Source: Botryllus schlosseri
Lineage: Eukaryota
DNA length: 64,000 nt
Reading direction: 5' to 3'
Assembly (NCBI GenBank): GCA_051294905.1
Contig: CM119382.1
Coordinates: 11,036,001 to 11,100,000 of the forward strand
The notes under the pieces were generated by a model. It was not told the origin of the DNA. It saw only the letters and a list, made by a program, of their open reading frames with translations, and ran no database searches. Position numbers and translations under genes: made by a program. Positions within the stretch are counted from its first letter, which is position 1. Each line of letters opens with the position of its first letter. This document shows positions 1-11,753 of this stretch, in pieces.

Positions 1-2685
1 GCTGTAGTCAAAGAGGAGATAGCAGTGCCACAGATGACATTTTCGAAAGATCCAGTCTGAGCGATCCTCACTTCCTTGCCGCAGCGTTGATACTATTCAT
101 TGGGAAAGTCACGATTTCCGCCAGGCAATTCAGCAACGATCGATTATTATTAGTTAGACTGATACAGCCGTAGGAGGATGCATGTTGTATTTTATGCCCG
201 TCATGTATGTATCATTATTCAACTGTTACATATAAAATTTCAGTGAGACCGGAGGCTAGTACCAGAAATAGAGTCATTCATACGCAATATGCATACGCAT
301 ACGCCCACCCCCACCGCCAGCTCTGGTATCCTTAGGGGATTGTTGAAACTCTTTTAATATTAGTCAACTACTCTTTTTTCTCTAGATTTTGAAGTTTTCC
401 AATACGATACTGGAGTAAAGTCGAAATCAAAGTATAATCCACTCAGATCCGTATTTCTCTTGTACATGCCGGTGATATAACAAATGACAATGTTCGATAT
501 CGATTAATTATTCATAGAAAGCGCAATTTAGTATAAGCCTCTGGACTCGGATTGATATAAGTATTGAATCGATGGCCAGTGTTCTTTGAACTTGACTAGG
601 AGTTTTGTACTTTATTCCGGTGTCGGATTCCCCTTAGCCTAATACCTTTACATGACTACCCAGAGCAATTTAATACTTTTTATTCCATTATCGATATGTT
701 GTTCTATTTTTTCTGGTGCCCGAATGAAATGGAATTCCTACAGAGACTGTACTCGTGAAAGTACTCAAAGATAGCACGGGGTGTGGGTCAGTTTGCATAC
801 TTTCCTGGGTTTTTAGCATACGTCAAAATGGTTTAAATTTCGTCCAGACTCCAGAGTAAAAGGTGTGAAGACAATACCAAACTGACTCAAATCACACTAT
901 AGCGCCACGTAGAAATTGGAAACGCATTGATATACAACTTACTGCCCTCTTGATAGATGCATAAGAAAGTAAACTCTAAAAAAGCACTATTAATTAATAT
1001 TTCAGTGAAGTTGAGAGTTTGCATTCGATTCATTGTTAGCTGTCATGGGCTGATTCCCCCATCTCGAAACAGATTTATGCATCAATACGATAGGTTGTAC
1101 CAAATCAGCGCATCGCGCGAAATACAATTGCGCATTCACGGCGTTAACCGTGGGCCTCTCGAAGATCTATGTAAAATGTCACTTTGCCAATGGAAGTAAT
1201 ATGAATAATTAAAATCATTTAAAATTCAAGGGAGCGCCTCTGCTCCCTCTGATTCGCAGGCGAAGTCGAAACCAGTCATTTTACCATTCATAACAACTTA
1301 CCAATAACAAGTTTAATGGAGTGCCAGGTATATATCAGTATAATACAAACATTAAATAACACTATTAAATTATAAATTCCGGAGTCAGCACATTATTTTC
1401 GAAAATAATCCATCCCACTCTCACCCGGGTTCATTACCTTTACAGAACTGGATTGAATAGTATAAAATAAACCATAAATACCAAAATCGATTTTGTGGGC
1501 TAAATTTTGGAGAATACTTTGATCGCACAGTTTTATATCGCGCGCGATATAAAGTGCCTAGTCGCCTAACTGCTCCCCACCGGATATCAAAGAAAATCCA
1601 TATCTGGGAAGGTCCGGAAAGTTCGTAGACATTTCGATAATCCGCAGAATTCTGAAATCCTGAAGGAAGCCTGGGCTTCGCCAATACATGTAAAATCTTT
1701 TCGTGTGTATTATTGCTTTCACATCATCAACAACGTCACAATGTAACTATGACATCAATTCGCTGAGTAAGATATCTGATCTCACTATTCTCTCGTTGTT
1801 GTGAACTGTACCGGGATTGCTCTGTGACATTTTACGGTTGAGTCTGGCACACTGTTTGCTGATGTTGAAAATTATTTTGATGTTCTGTTCACGTTGCGAT
1901 GAGTCGGCAAATGCCCGCCATCAAATCAGGATATCACAATAAAATCGAAGTATTGCTGTTAATAACAATAATATCTATCGCCTTCTTATGTCTGGTCAGA
2001 AAAGTGCTTCGTAGAACTTATTTAAGAATGTACTCTTTACCGGTACTCCGGTAGGCCTGTATTCATTGACGCTTACCAGTTGCGCCGGTATGACTATTTC
2101 CTCACAGCATAAATATGTCAATCAACCGTTTTGTTGTAATGATGCTGATCATTGTGTTCTGTCAAAGTTTCTCAAAGCTAATTTGTTTTTTATACTACGT
2201 CTGTTACCGATTTTATCGCGGAAGGCTGTGGAATAATAAGTGTTATGGATTGATAGCCGCGTATACACCAGACCAACTTCACGCCATTCGGAACCTCGCC
2301 TCGTATCGAGTTGGAAACCGAGCTGACCCAGTCGCGACCTCATTACCTTTTCCTGTTAACTGCCGAAGTAGAAGAAAAAGCGTTGATACGGGAGAAAGGG
2401 TTGTGTGTACTGTTGACAGACGGCTAAGTTATCGTAGCTTAGTTGAACTACATGTCGGACTGTGTGGTTTGCAATTGTCGTGGCATAAGACAAACAGTTG
2501 AGCTTCCCCGATTACTCGATTACTTTTCGGACATAGCCTATGCGGCTATGCACCGAATCGAAGTATTGCAGTGGCGTTGTACGTGAGTTCAAGTAATATA
2601 TGTGTCATTCAGGCCGATTCAAAGTTTCTTCCGTGAGACGTAGAAAACATACCCAATAACTTGTTGGGCCGAAAGAAGTAATTAA

Positions 2686-3691
2686 GGGTGTCTTCATACT
2701 GAGTTTCGGTAACATTCTATCCGGTAAACATTTACCGAAATCACTCAATATGAACGTAACCCCTCTGGTGTGAACGTAATATTCTCCGTAAATATTTTCG
2801 AAAGATGTGCAATATGAACGCAGGTGGCGCCGTACTCATTTCACCAAACTGTCAATCATTTCATGCTTTTCGAAAGCTCGCCGTTCATATTGACTGACTT
2901 ACGGTACCGGTAGTCCGGTACTGAGTCCTGACGGTACCGGTACTGCTGGTGTCTTTCAAGGACGACATGTGATGTAAGCGGTGATCATGACACTTGATGT
3001 TAGTCATTATTATTTTGGTTACTCATGAAATTATTTTATTTATACAACAAAATGGCTAGCAATGATAATGTTCAGCAGTGGTACATGAGAGGGGGATTCA
3101 TTCGCATCCTCAAAATGATTCTGAATTCTTCGCGAATTGAATTACTGAGCTTCGTGATAATTTTAAAATAATATTATACACCTTTCCCTCACCATTTTGA
3201 AACTACAATACGTTACAAGAAACCACTCTGCAGTAGGCCTATACAAGAAGTATATATTTACGATAATAACCGGTGTATGTAATCAGATCTTTACTGGAAT
3301 TAGTAGTGCCGACACCCTACATCAAGCCATCTCTTGGTTGGGTGACCTTCTCAAAGTTTGTTCTACCTTTATCCATCCTTTCCAAAAGGCAGTATGTTAT
3401 ATCGACTTGGCGCTACGACACTACCCCGAATCGCAACCTCGTAGCTGTAACACTCTGTAACACCTCCAGTCGGTAGTTTCGTAACACTAGGAAGCCATGT
3501 TCACACTGAAGCAAATTTACGATATATTTACCGTAAGAGAGCTCAATGTGAATGAAAGTATTTCGAAAACCACCTTCAGTATGAACAAAACTGTTTTCGT
3601 AAATATTTCGGTAAATTATAGGCAGTGTGAACAGTGTTAGTTACGGTAACTGTTTCGGAATCGGTTTGGAAACTCCAGTGTGAAGACGCCC
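2686..3691. mobile_element. Possible composite MITE bounded by GGGTGTCTTCATACTG ... CAGTGTGAAGACGCCC
   Basis: 16-bp imperfect inverted termini flanked by TAA/TTA. Internal ttcacactg/cagtgtgaa and cggtaaat repeats near both ends. No exact TSD. Confidence 0.5.
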
Positions 3692-4033
3692 TTAGGCTTA
3701 TGCGTTCCAGCCTCGTACTTGACATTGGCATCATCATCACCAAAATCTTGGTGATTTGCAGAATCGATTCATGTATCAAAAAGCTGTTTTTCGGCAGTCA
3801 AATGGTCAATGCACAATTGCACATTGCACATGGTTTGCAGGAAAATGACCCGGCGCAACCCGCAACTATGTTCTACATCCCGACGATAGCGCATAGCTCG
3901 TTTATAATGCTGCAATCCAAGTAGCGAAGATCATGTGTTTAATTTACTGGAGTAAGTACTCCAAAAAATTGTGTTTTTGGTAATGGTCAGTGGTCACCTA
4001 GCTGTGGTGTGTTTCGTAAGTGTTACGAATAGG

Positions 4034-4670
4034 CAGAGGTGATCAGTAACGAGGCACTTCTACTTTTTCGCAGTATTCAAGTAGATATTGCGCACTTGCA
4101 CTAATCACTCAATTAGTTATGATTTAGTCTACTTCTACTTCTACTAAACTTTCAGTGTTTTAGGAAAAACTAGACCCAGAATACTTACTTTTGTACTTAC
4201 TTGGAAATCGTTACTTCTACTTGTACTTGAGCACAAATTTACGGCGCTACTGCTACTTCCACTTGAAGACACTCATTGAGGTACAGAATTTCAGTACACA
4301 ATTGAACAGTATATTCAATATTCATATTGAAATGAACCCGAGTATTTTCGGCTGACACTCGTCAGGGGTAATCGTCAGCAACTAGTGGAGAATTGGAAAG
4401 AACATAGCATATCAACAATCGTATCTCGAAATATGACGTCACCAGCATGGCGTCATCAGTTGCTGACGATTACCCCTGACGAGTGTCAGCCGAAAATATT
4501 CGGGTTCATTTCAATATGAATATACTATTCAATTGTATATTGAAGTTCTGTACCTCCAAGAAGCTCTACAATTGAAATATCTGAATATTTTCGGATATTT
4601 CAATATGAATGCTGTATACTATTATTCAATTGTATACTTCTACTTGAGTACCAATGATGACTACTTTGAA
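4034..4670 (+). mobile_element. Family B non-autonomous element (CAGAGGTGGCCAGTAAC... terminus, ACTTCTACTTGAGTA-rich), interrupted by family A
   Basis: Starts cagaggtgatcagtaacgaggcacttctac. About 14 related copies by eye: ~22493-22712, 25490-26185(-), 28790-29054(-), 31131-31370, 35715-36110, 37085-37380, 38885-38970(-), 51490-51670(-), 55365-55560, 55830-56515, 56775-56850, 57725-57800, 61480-61720(-). Confidence 0.75.
4278..4556. mobile_element. Family A MITE, hairpin copy (arms ~4278-4383 and ~4458-4556) nested in a family B copy
   Basis: Left arm ...aacccgagtattttcggctgacactcgtcaggggtaatcgtcagcaact is the reverse complement of right arm agttgctgacgattacccctgacgagtgtcagccgaaaatattcgggtt... 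Confidence 0.85.
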
Positions 4671-7600
4671 CAGAAATAGATCCTTGGAACAGGATGACGT
4701 CACAGGTCACATGTACACCGTGACGTAACTATCGGAAATGACGTTATAATATCCCAGTTGGCAAGGGCGAAGGTAGTGAAAAAATGAGAACTGCTTTGAG
4801 CAAGCGTGGCCGATGTCCGAATTTGAGTATCGGGCGAACGAATTGATTTGGCATTTCAGAAGCTCGCGTTAGCGTCGGTTGTCGCTGGTGCTGTTATATA
4901 TTTGAAACCCTACCAGAATATTGACATAAAAAGCAATATTATATTATCGACGCGCACGCGTGACATCGATTACAACGGCCAGATCATGAGTTCTTTTTGC
5001 GATTTCATGTAGGTACCGCACATGCTGTTGTCCCCTTTACAAATGATATCTCTGCAAAATCTCAAAGCTACGCCCGGGTGACATCTCGTTTCGTTATAGG
5101 ATAAACACATCATCCCTGGAACATGTATTTTCAAGCAGAGCTGCTCTGAATCCCGATAATGACGAGGGCTGTTGATATACGAAAGTAAATCGTAATCTCA
5201 GATCTGCCGAGCTAAGGGACAAAAGTTAAGCGTGCGTCTAACCGTTGGAAATCCTCCGACAATGATCTCAATAGCTGGGATTAAGTGGAATTGGAGTTGA
5301 AGAAAGGCAAGCTTTTGTCGCGAGTCATAACCGATCGTTAAGTTGTAATACCTTTATCCGCAGTTGTGGTCATTTAACAGTTGACAAGGCACGAATGCTA
5401 TGTGCGTGCCGTAGTGACGGCATTCGCACCACTTTGTTCGTTTGAAGTGGGAGTTGTGATTGCCCTGTGTAATTTTGTAACGCAAAAGCTGTGATTTTCT
5501 TTCGAACTGACAACGTGGGGTCTCGTAAATATATAGTTTTTTGCGAAATGTCGTACCAGGTATCGTGCTAAACTTTACGGGGTGGGATGAAAGATTTAAA
5601 ATATCAGATCCAATACGTTTATTGTAATATTGCGTCCGCCTCCGAATTTGCCCCGGCCATTCTTTGAATTAGATGACGGAGCATTTTTATCAAAGTCAAA
5701 GTTCACCTAAACTCTGGTTCCTAAAATACTTCTCTTCAGTGCAACACCGACTACGATCGCTGTGACTAAAAAGAAAACTACTTCTCTACAAATACACTTC
5801 CGTGTCAAAGTCATGTCATTTGCCCTTAAATCGAGAGCATGACTCACAAAAATGAATTTGACCCAGTATTATAATTTGTTGAAAAGCAGAAAAAGGGGGG
5901 AGAAAGTCATACTCTCCCCACCCTGTTCCCATTAGGCCTACCCATTCGTGTGATTGTAAGATCTTTGTGATTCCATATCTTCATCTAGTCTTTTGCGGCA
6001 GAAAATTTCCGGCAACCCTGAAGGAGCAAATGGATGCGGATCTCTACCCGGCCTGTCAATGATACGGGTTCCAGATCAGCCTAAACCGTTGTATTCCATT
6101 TCCGTGGTGTTGGAATAATTCTGCTTCAATCGAATTTTCACAACAAAAAGTTTTCGTTCGAAACGGACCAATTGAAATGACGAGAGATTCTGATGAATAT
6201 CGATATTTTTAAAAATGCAAATTTCGTTGTCGATGGATGATTCACTCCATTACCAGTTGTTCGATTATATGCACCACATTCAGTGCATTGTTCATGAGGA
6301 AATTTTCGAATCAATGGAATTCTCCCATCATCAGTATTCAGGGATTTGAAAAGGATGAAAATAAAATCCATCGGGGATGAAATTGTCATCTCCAATAGTA
6401 CATCCACGTGTCAAAGTCATGACTCGCGAGTCACACCTCTTACGCGTTTGGAATTGAAGTTGGCGGTTACCTTTTAGCTTTTAGCAATTATCGCAAGGTT
6501 CAGTTCACGTTATCAACCCCATGAATTCGGGTCAAAGATAGCAGTTATCTCGAGCACTTGATGCTGTCTCGCGACGTGTCCTCAGAGGGAGAGCACGTTT
6601 TCATTCCGGGTAGGAGTGAGGTGCGTATCTACTGTATATATATATGTCGTACTGAAACCGGATAGAAATCTGTTATATTTGATTTGAACGCAGGAACACA
6701 CGATAGTCGAATTGGACTAGGTATAAGACAGCGAGTATTGTTAGGGCCTCCCATGTTGTTTCATCACGTCCTATATAAGTTGTAAGTAAGATTTATCTTG
6801 TCAACATTTAGAAATGATAAAATCTTGGAGTTGAACAAATTACGTTAATATTATCTCCTCTACAACTAATGCAAACAAGCGTATCTACTACATATGTTTG
6901 CATATCGGAGCTTCTTTACGCCGTGATTTACGACCGAGTGAAAGGAATGTGTCAGACTCACAGACGGACTGTTAACTGAATGTGAACTTACTTTTGACAT
7001 TGCCCCTATCTCGATGTAAAATTGATTAAACTTCAGTGATAAAAGGCCACTTACGAGTCATGACTCCTAAGTGACATCGGGGTGGGTCACCGGGTTACGC
7101 TGTTATCACAAGCATAAACTTGTGCCAGTAAATGTTGCCTATAAACGCTGCGCTCCGAAATGACGGTGATTTGTTACTTATTCGTTTCTACCTACAAAGG
7201 TCTAGCGTTAAGTCGGCCCTTAATTCAAACAAAGCGAAGAGTTATTTCAAGGCAGGAACTGTCAAGTCGAGTCAAGTGACCCTTGGAATAGTTACAGTTC
7301 GATTTTCGGACACTTGGATTTCATAGGAAACTTGGAAGAATGCCTTTTTCTTCCCCGTTATTATTCTACGCCCGTTGAAACCGTGGGCTTACGCCTTGCC
7401 GACTGATTCACTGCTGCTTTGAAGCGAGACAATCGAGTGGGTCGCACATCTGCGCCGAAGCGAACTTGTTTGTATAAGATTTACGGGGAAAGCCTGCTAA
7501 AGTATATTATCTTGACTCATTTTTTTCGGGACGTTTTTTTTTCATCGCGGAGTTCGAATATGCCCGGTGGGCCCGTGTCTTCTTCACGATATAATCAGCC

Positions 7601-7819
7601 TGCGCTCGCCGAAATGATTTTTATTGTGCGACTCGGAATTATTGGATTTCGACGCTCCGTTATATTTGCGACGGGCATGGATGTGGCTTGGCATGGCCGG
7701 ACATAATGGCAGATGTATACCATGATTATATCAAATGCATATTTTTCGCGACAATCAAAATGGCTCCGTTAGCGGTATTATCGACAGAAGGTGACAAAAA
7801 CTGGTTGATCCCGCAACAC

Positions 7820-7950
7820 TTCAGCATGTCATATTTCAGTATATGACTTTATAACCCCAAAAGTAAACCTTGCCCCAACCATACCCAAACCTTAAATCTA
7901 ACCCAAGCCTAACTGTAACCCGCATGCTCAAGGGTCACCCTTATGTTGAA
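7820..7950 (+). repeat. Family E repeat with degenerate (TAACCC)-like core; other copies 24787-24940(-), 40478-40590(-), 52178-52317(+)
   Basis: gcatgtca...ataaccccaaaa..aaccttgcccc...aacccaagcctaac...gcatgctcaag at each locus, with short inverted ends (agcatgcgaca / tgtcgcatgct). Confidence 0.7.
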
Positions 7951-10900
7951 TTGTCGTATGCATCGTCGACGAACCGACAGAAACAAGTAGTTTTTGAACA
8001 TTTATTATATCGGTGAAATACACTTCGTATATCGGTGGAATTATTTTAGTTTTAGCACAATGCATAGCGGCCCCAGTAGTTGAAAAAAACCATCGACATA
8101 ATATTATCCAGTCGCCAATTAACCTTAACAAAACACGATTTGATTCGACCACTTGAAACGCAATGGTTCTCAGCCGTGATCAGTCAGATTTAATCCGTTC
8201 CTGGCAACAAAAGCGGCATTCCCTCGATACGTTTGAAGCAATCGTGACTTCCCCGCTTAGCGAATGCACCCGCGTTCGAAGCGCAGTCGCGTCTAGTCCA
8301 TGATTTGCGGCCGCGTCCGCTCATGCGAGAGAAAGATTTTTTCGACCCCTTGTCATTCGATGCTCCGTTACGATTCCGTCGAACGTAGAGCCTCACTGTG
8401 CGGCTGCGTCTCGCAGCACGCTTCGAGGCCGTGATAGGATTTTATCGGTGCTTTGAGATGCAAGCGCGTTGCGCTAAGTATGTTGTAAGTATCGTTGTCG
8501 AGCCACGTTGCAGTCCAGGCAAAGTTGACTGCGAGACTGTGCGAGTCGATAAATAATGAATGCGTTCGTGTAATTTGATTATTCCGAATGAAGTTTTGAC
8601 GCGGGACTCGGAACTGCGATGATGTGGCGTTTGATGCCGAATATGATTTGCCGGGTGTAGTTGGCGTCGCAGGACATCGCCGTATAAAATATAGATTACA
8701 GATGTTTTACTGTGAGATTAATTACGGTGTACGGCCGGCATTGGAGATATAGATAGCTTCCAGAATTTTAGTTCAGGAGATAATTTACGATGCAGCGACT
8801 CACTGAAATAGAATGAATCGAATAGAATGAAATGGGAAATGCGGTAATTCACTTCTTTATCGTAAACCTTCCATAATTTTTAACTTTGTCGACGTTCAAA
8901 TTGAAATCGACACTAGAGTCTATAGTCAGCGGCGAAAACTATTCTGTTACCTCAAGATTTCATTTTGGTGTGTTATGGTGACATTTTGTTCGTGATGTTT
9001 GTTATCAGTGTCATTTGCCCCCCTCAAATTTCCATCCTGGTTACGGGCCTTACGGCCATCAAATTATATACCTCTGCATACATTTGATGTGCGATTTTTG
9101 TGTGCTGTATATGTATTTTATTTCATGCGCCACCGTTTGCACGTAGTGTGGGTCGTCAGCTACGTAACAACGCGACACCTGGCATGCCCAGGACATGTTC
9201 AATTCGGCGATGCACGCGGGGAAACACTAATTTCAGATTCAGTTATGGCGTCATAATACTTTGAGTTCGTCTGAAGTGTATTTGTACACAACTCTGAACT
9301 CTTGTCTCTGTTCGTCGTTACTAGCAAAATACCAGGTCAAGCATTGGCTATTCCCAGTTACACTTGTGTTGAAAATATCCATAAATCTCTTGTACACTAT
9401 CGCGTGATTTTCACGTCCATATAAAAGTCAGTGAAATATTGGATACCAGATCTAGTATATATTTTATTGACTTTCCCGCGTTCCGCTATCTTTTCAGCCA
9501 TCGTCGTAAGTCACAGGTGGTGTTAGATATACCAGAACGAATTGCATACGGTGCAGATGTCATCCTAGCGCTCACTTGCCTTCAGGGCTTATCCAAAGAT
9601 ATTCCTCGAGTAACCTGAGTCAGTTGTATCTCTAGCGTGTACCGATATACGTTGCTGATTGCGGTTACGGGCTTTGTACCCGAATGTGAATACCGGGAGC
9701 CATTAGAAGCACTCATATGATTGATGGTTCTGTGTGGCGCTAATGCCCCAGGGCAAAGATACAGTGATTACCTAATAACCCTTTACCCGATAAAAGACTT
9801 GTGTCCTATGTGTAATACAAACAGATTTGTACCACTTACAAACTGATTATCGTGTCTCCATCCGTTGGGCATCACCTGAAAACATACTGCATACCTACTT
9901 TCATTATGGGCGAAAGATCCAAAGAGATAAGGGGCTTTTGGTGATTTTCGGGGTACTGTATACTAACTTTAATGGATAGTACTGCCAATTTTCAACAACA
10001 ATGATATTTTGTGACATGACACCCGTCATACTTAAGGTAGAAATATTCGGGTCTCCTCACGCCAGATTCCGGTGTAAATTCATTGGTAGCTATTTTATAG
10101 TAAGATCAATCAGTTATGCGCTATCGTATCCGCTACAGTGTTGTATTTAGCTGCTATCAGCGCCAGCCCAATTCACCTATAACTAGCAGGACACGTTGAC
10201 TTTGGAAGATGTTAATTTCATGATGTACTTTGAACATGGTTTTCTGCAGTTGTAGTATAGATTGGCCAGTGTAAATCAGTTTTGCATCAGTGCGGTGAAT
10301 CGATTGTTCTGTCTATTAATTCATTAATCTGATAAATCCAAATTTGATGATCCCACTTTTATTAATCCGTTCACCATTGCTATGCAATAAGCATGAGCAG
10401 AGCACAGATAATCGCGTAGCATGCAGAAACTTTTTTGACCTTATTGTCAATCGGAAATTAGGCTATTATATAGCCTATGGTAGCAAATATTCATAAGAGA
10501 ATATAATACTTTTTAATGGATCCTGATTCTAACAGCATTTTATGAGACCTGTTCTCATTCACTTCATAGTTTCAATCTCCCTTGACGAGATAAATTCAAG
10601 GTGTATGCCTTTTACTAATAAACAGTAATTTGCTTAAAAAGTTACGGTACTACGTGATTATTCAGGGATTTTAGTTATCAGTGTCAACTGTACCATAAGC
10701 ATAAGTTCATTTGTCGTATCAGCACTAAGATTTGCCTGGCGTATGTAGTAGTATCAGTGTTCTGGTATTAACCAGCATTAAATAGTTACGATCCGCAACA
10801 GGAATGTGAAACGTTATTGAAAAACGGACTGGATTTACTTCATTTACGGTATGCAAGTATCGAAATGAAAGCGTGGGCCACATATCAGTTTTCTAGTTGC

Positions 10901-11520
10901 AAGGCCTATAATTTCACTAAGAATCAGTAATAGTGATGGCGAGACTTAGTTCGAGATGGCACTACATGAAATAATCGCGAAGGCTAAGTGGAATTCCCGC
11001 GAAGCGTGACATATTTCTTCAGGGTATTGAATAAATTTAGGCAAAGATATTCATGTGCAAACTATGCATATGCAATATGCATACTGTAATGTTTTGGGCC
11101 CATCTCTTAGCTCATTTGAGATTAGCTCAAACGTATCAGACTAGCTAGATTACAAACCCATTTCGCTAACCACACACAATTTGAATGCGGCACTCCTTGG
11201 CGGGCCACAAATTGCATGCTTGCAAGTGTGGAGGCATTGGGTCGTGTGTTGTGTGCCCTTATTTTCGCTGTAGCGAGTGAAGCGACCAGAAATTGCGATG
11301 TAGATTCATTCTTTCTGCGAAATTTGACCGTTTTCAAGACGTACCTCGGGTCGTTGGAGTAGAAATTGATATAAGCTTCAACGCGGTTCCCCCTGGGAAA
11401 ATCGCGCGCTACAAGTCAAGCAGAGGTAATGAGCCCGCTTGCTTAGACCTCATACGCTATAATTATCGCTACACGGAATAACATCGCTGTCGCTGGTATG
11501 TCGAATGGGAGATATAACGC

Positions 11521-11692
11521 AACATATGTTATTGTTTCAGATTTTTAGTATTATACTGCGTCATCCGTAAATGTTGTTACTGCGTAACATGATACTGCAT
11601 ACGTAAATTCTCCGATAACACAAGTGGAAATACTCTATACATCCCGAACCGGTTTTTAATCGCGCAAGGCACGGACACACAAGGAAGGGACG
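11521..11692 (+). other. Candidate 5' UTR with unpaired acceptor (ttattgtttcag| at 11540) and short uORF 11571-11606 (MLLLRNMILHT*)
   Basis: Strong AG acceptor 152 nt upstream of the start codon; uORF read directly from sequence. Whether the acceptor is used is unknown. Confidence 0.35.
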
Positions 11693-11753
11693 ATGAGGAC
11701 AATATTCCTGTCTTCGTTGATCCTCTGCTTATCTTGTGGATCGTTGGGATTTG
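11693..11753 (+). CDS. ADGRL: Exon 1: signal peptide MRTIFLSSLILCLSCGSLGF(A), phase-1 donor
   Basis: acgATG context, basic n-region, hydrophobic core, donor TTG|gttagt. Phase 1 matches the exon 2 acceptor (G+CC = Ala). Confidence 0.8.

Noticed and set aside
2115-2501. 128-aa ORF with hydrophobic N-terminus
   Set aside because: T-rich composition, no motif, no convincing splice donor linking it to exon 2.
6230-6350. Plus-frame peptide HHIQCIVHEEI, resembling the hAT transposase CxxH motif
   Set aside because: Only a few residues match, the frame is short, and no other DDE-region motifs are visible.
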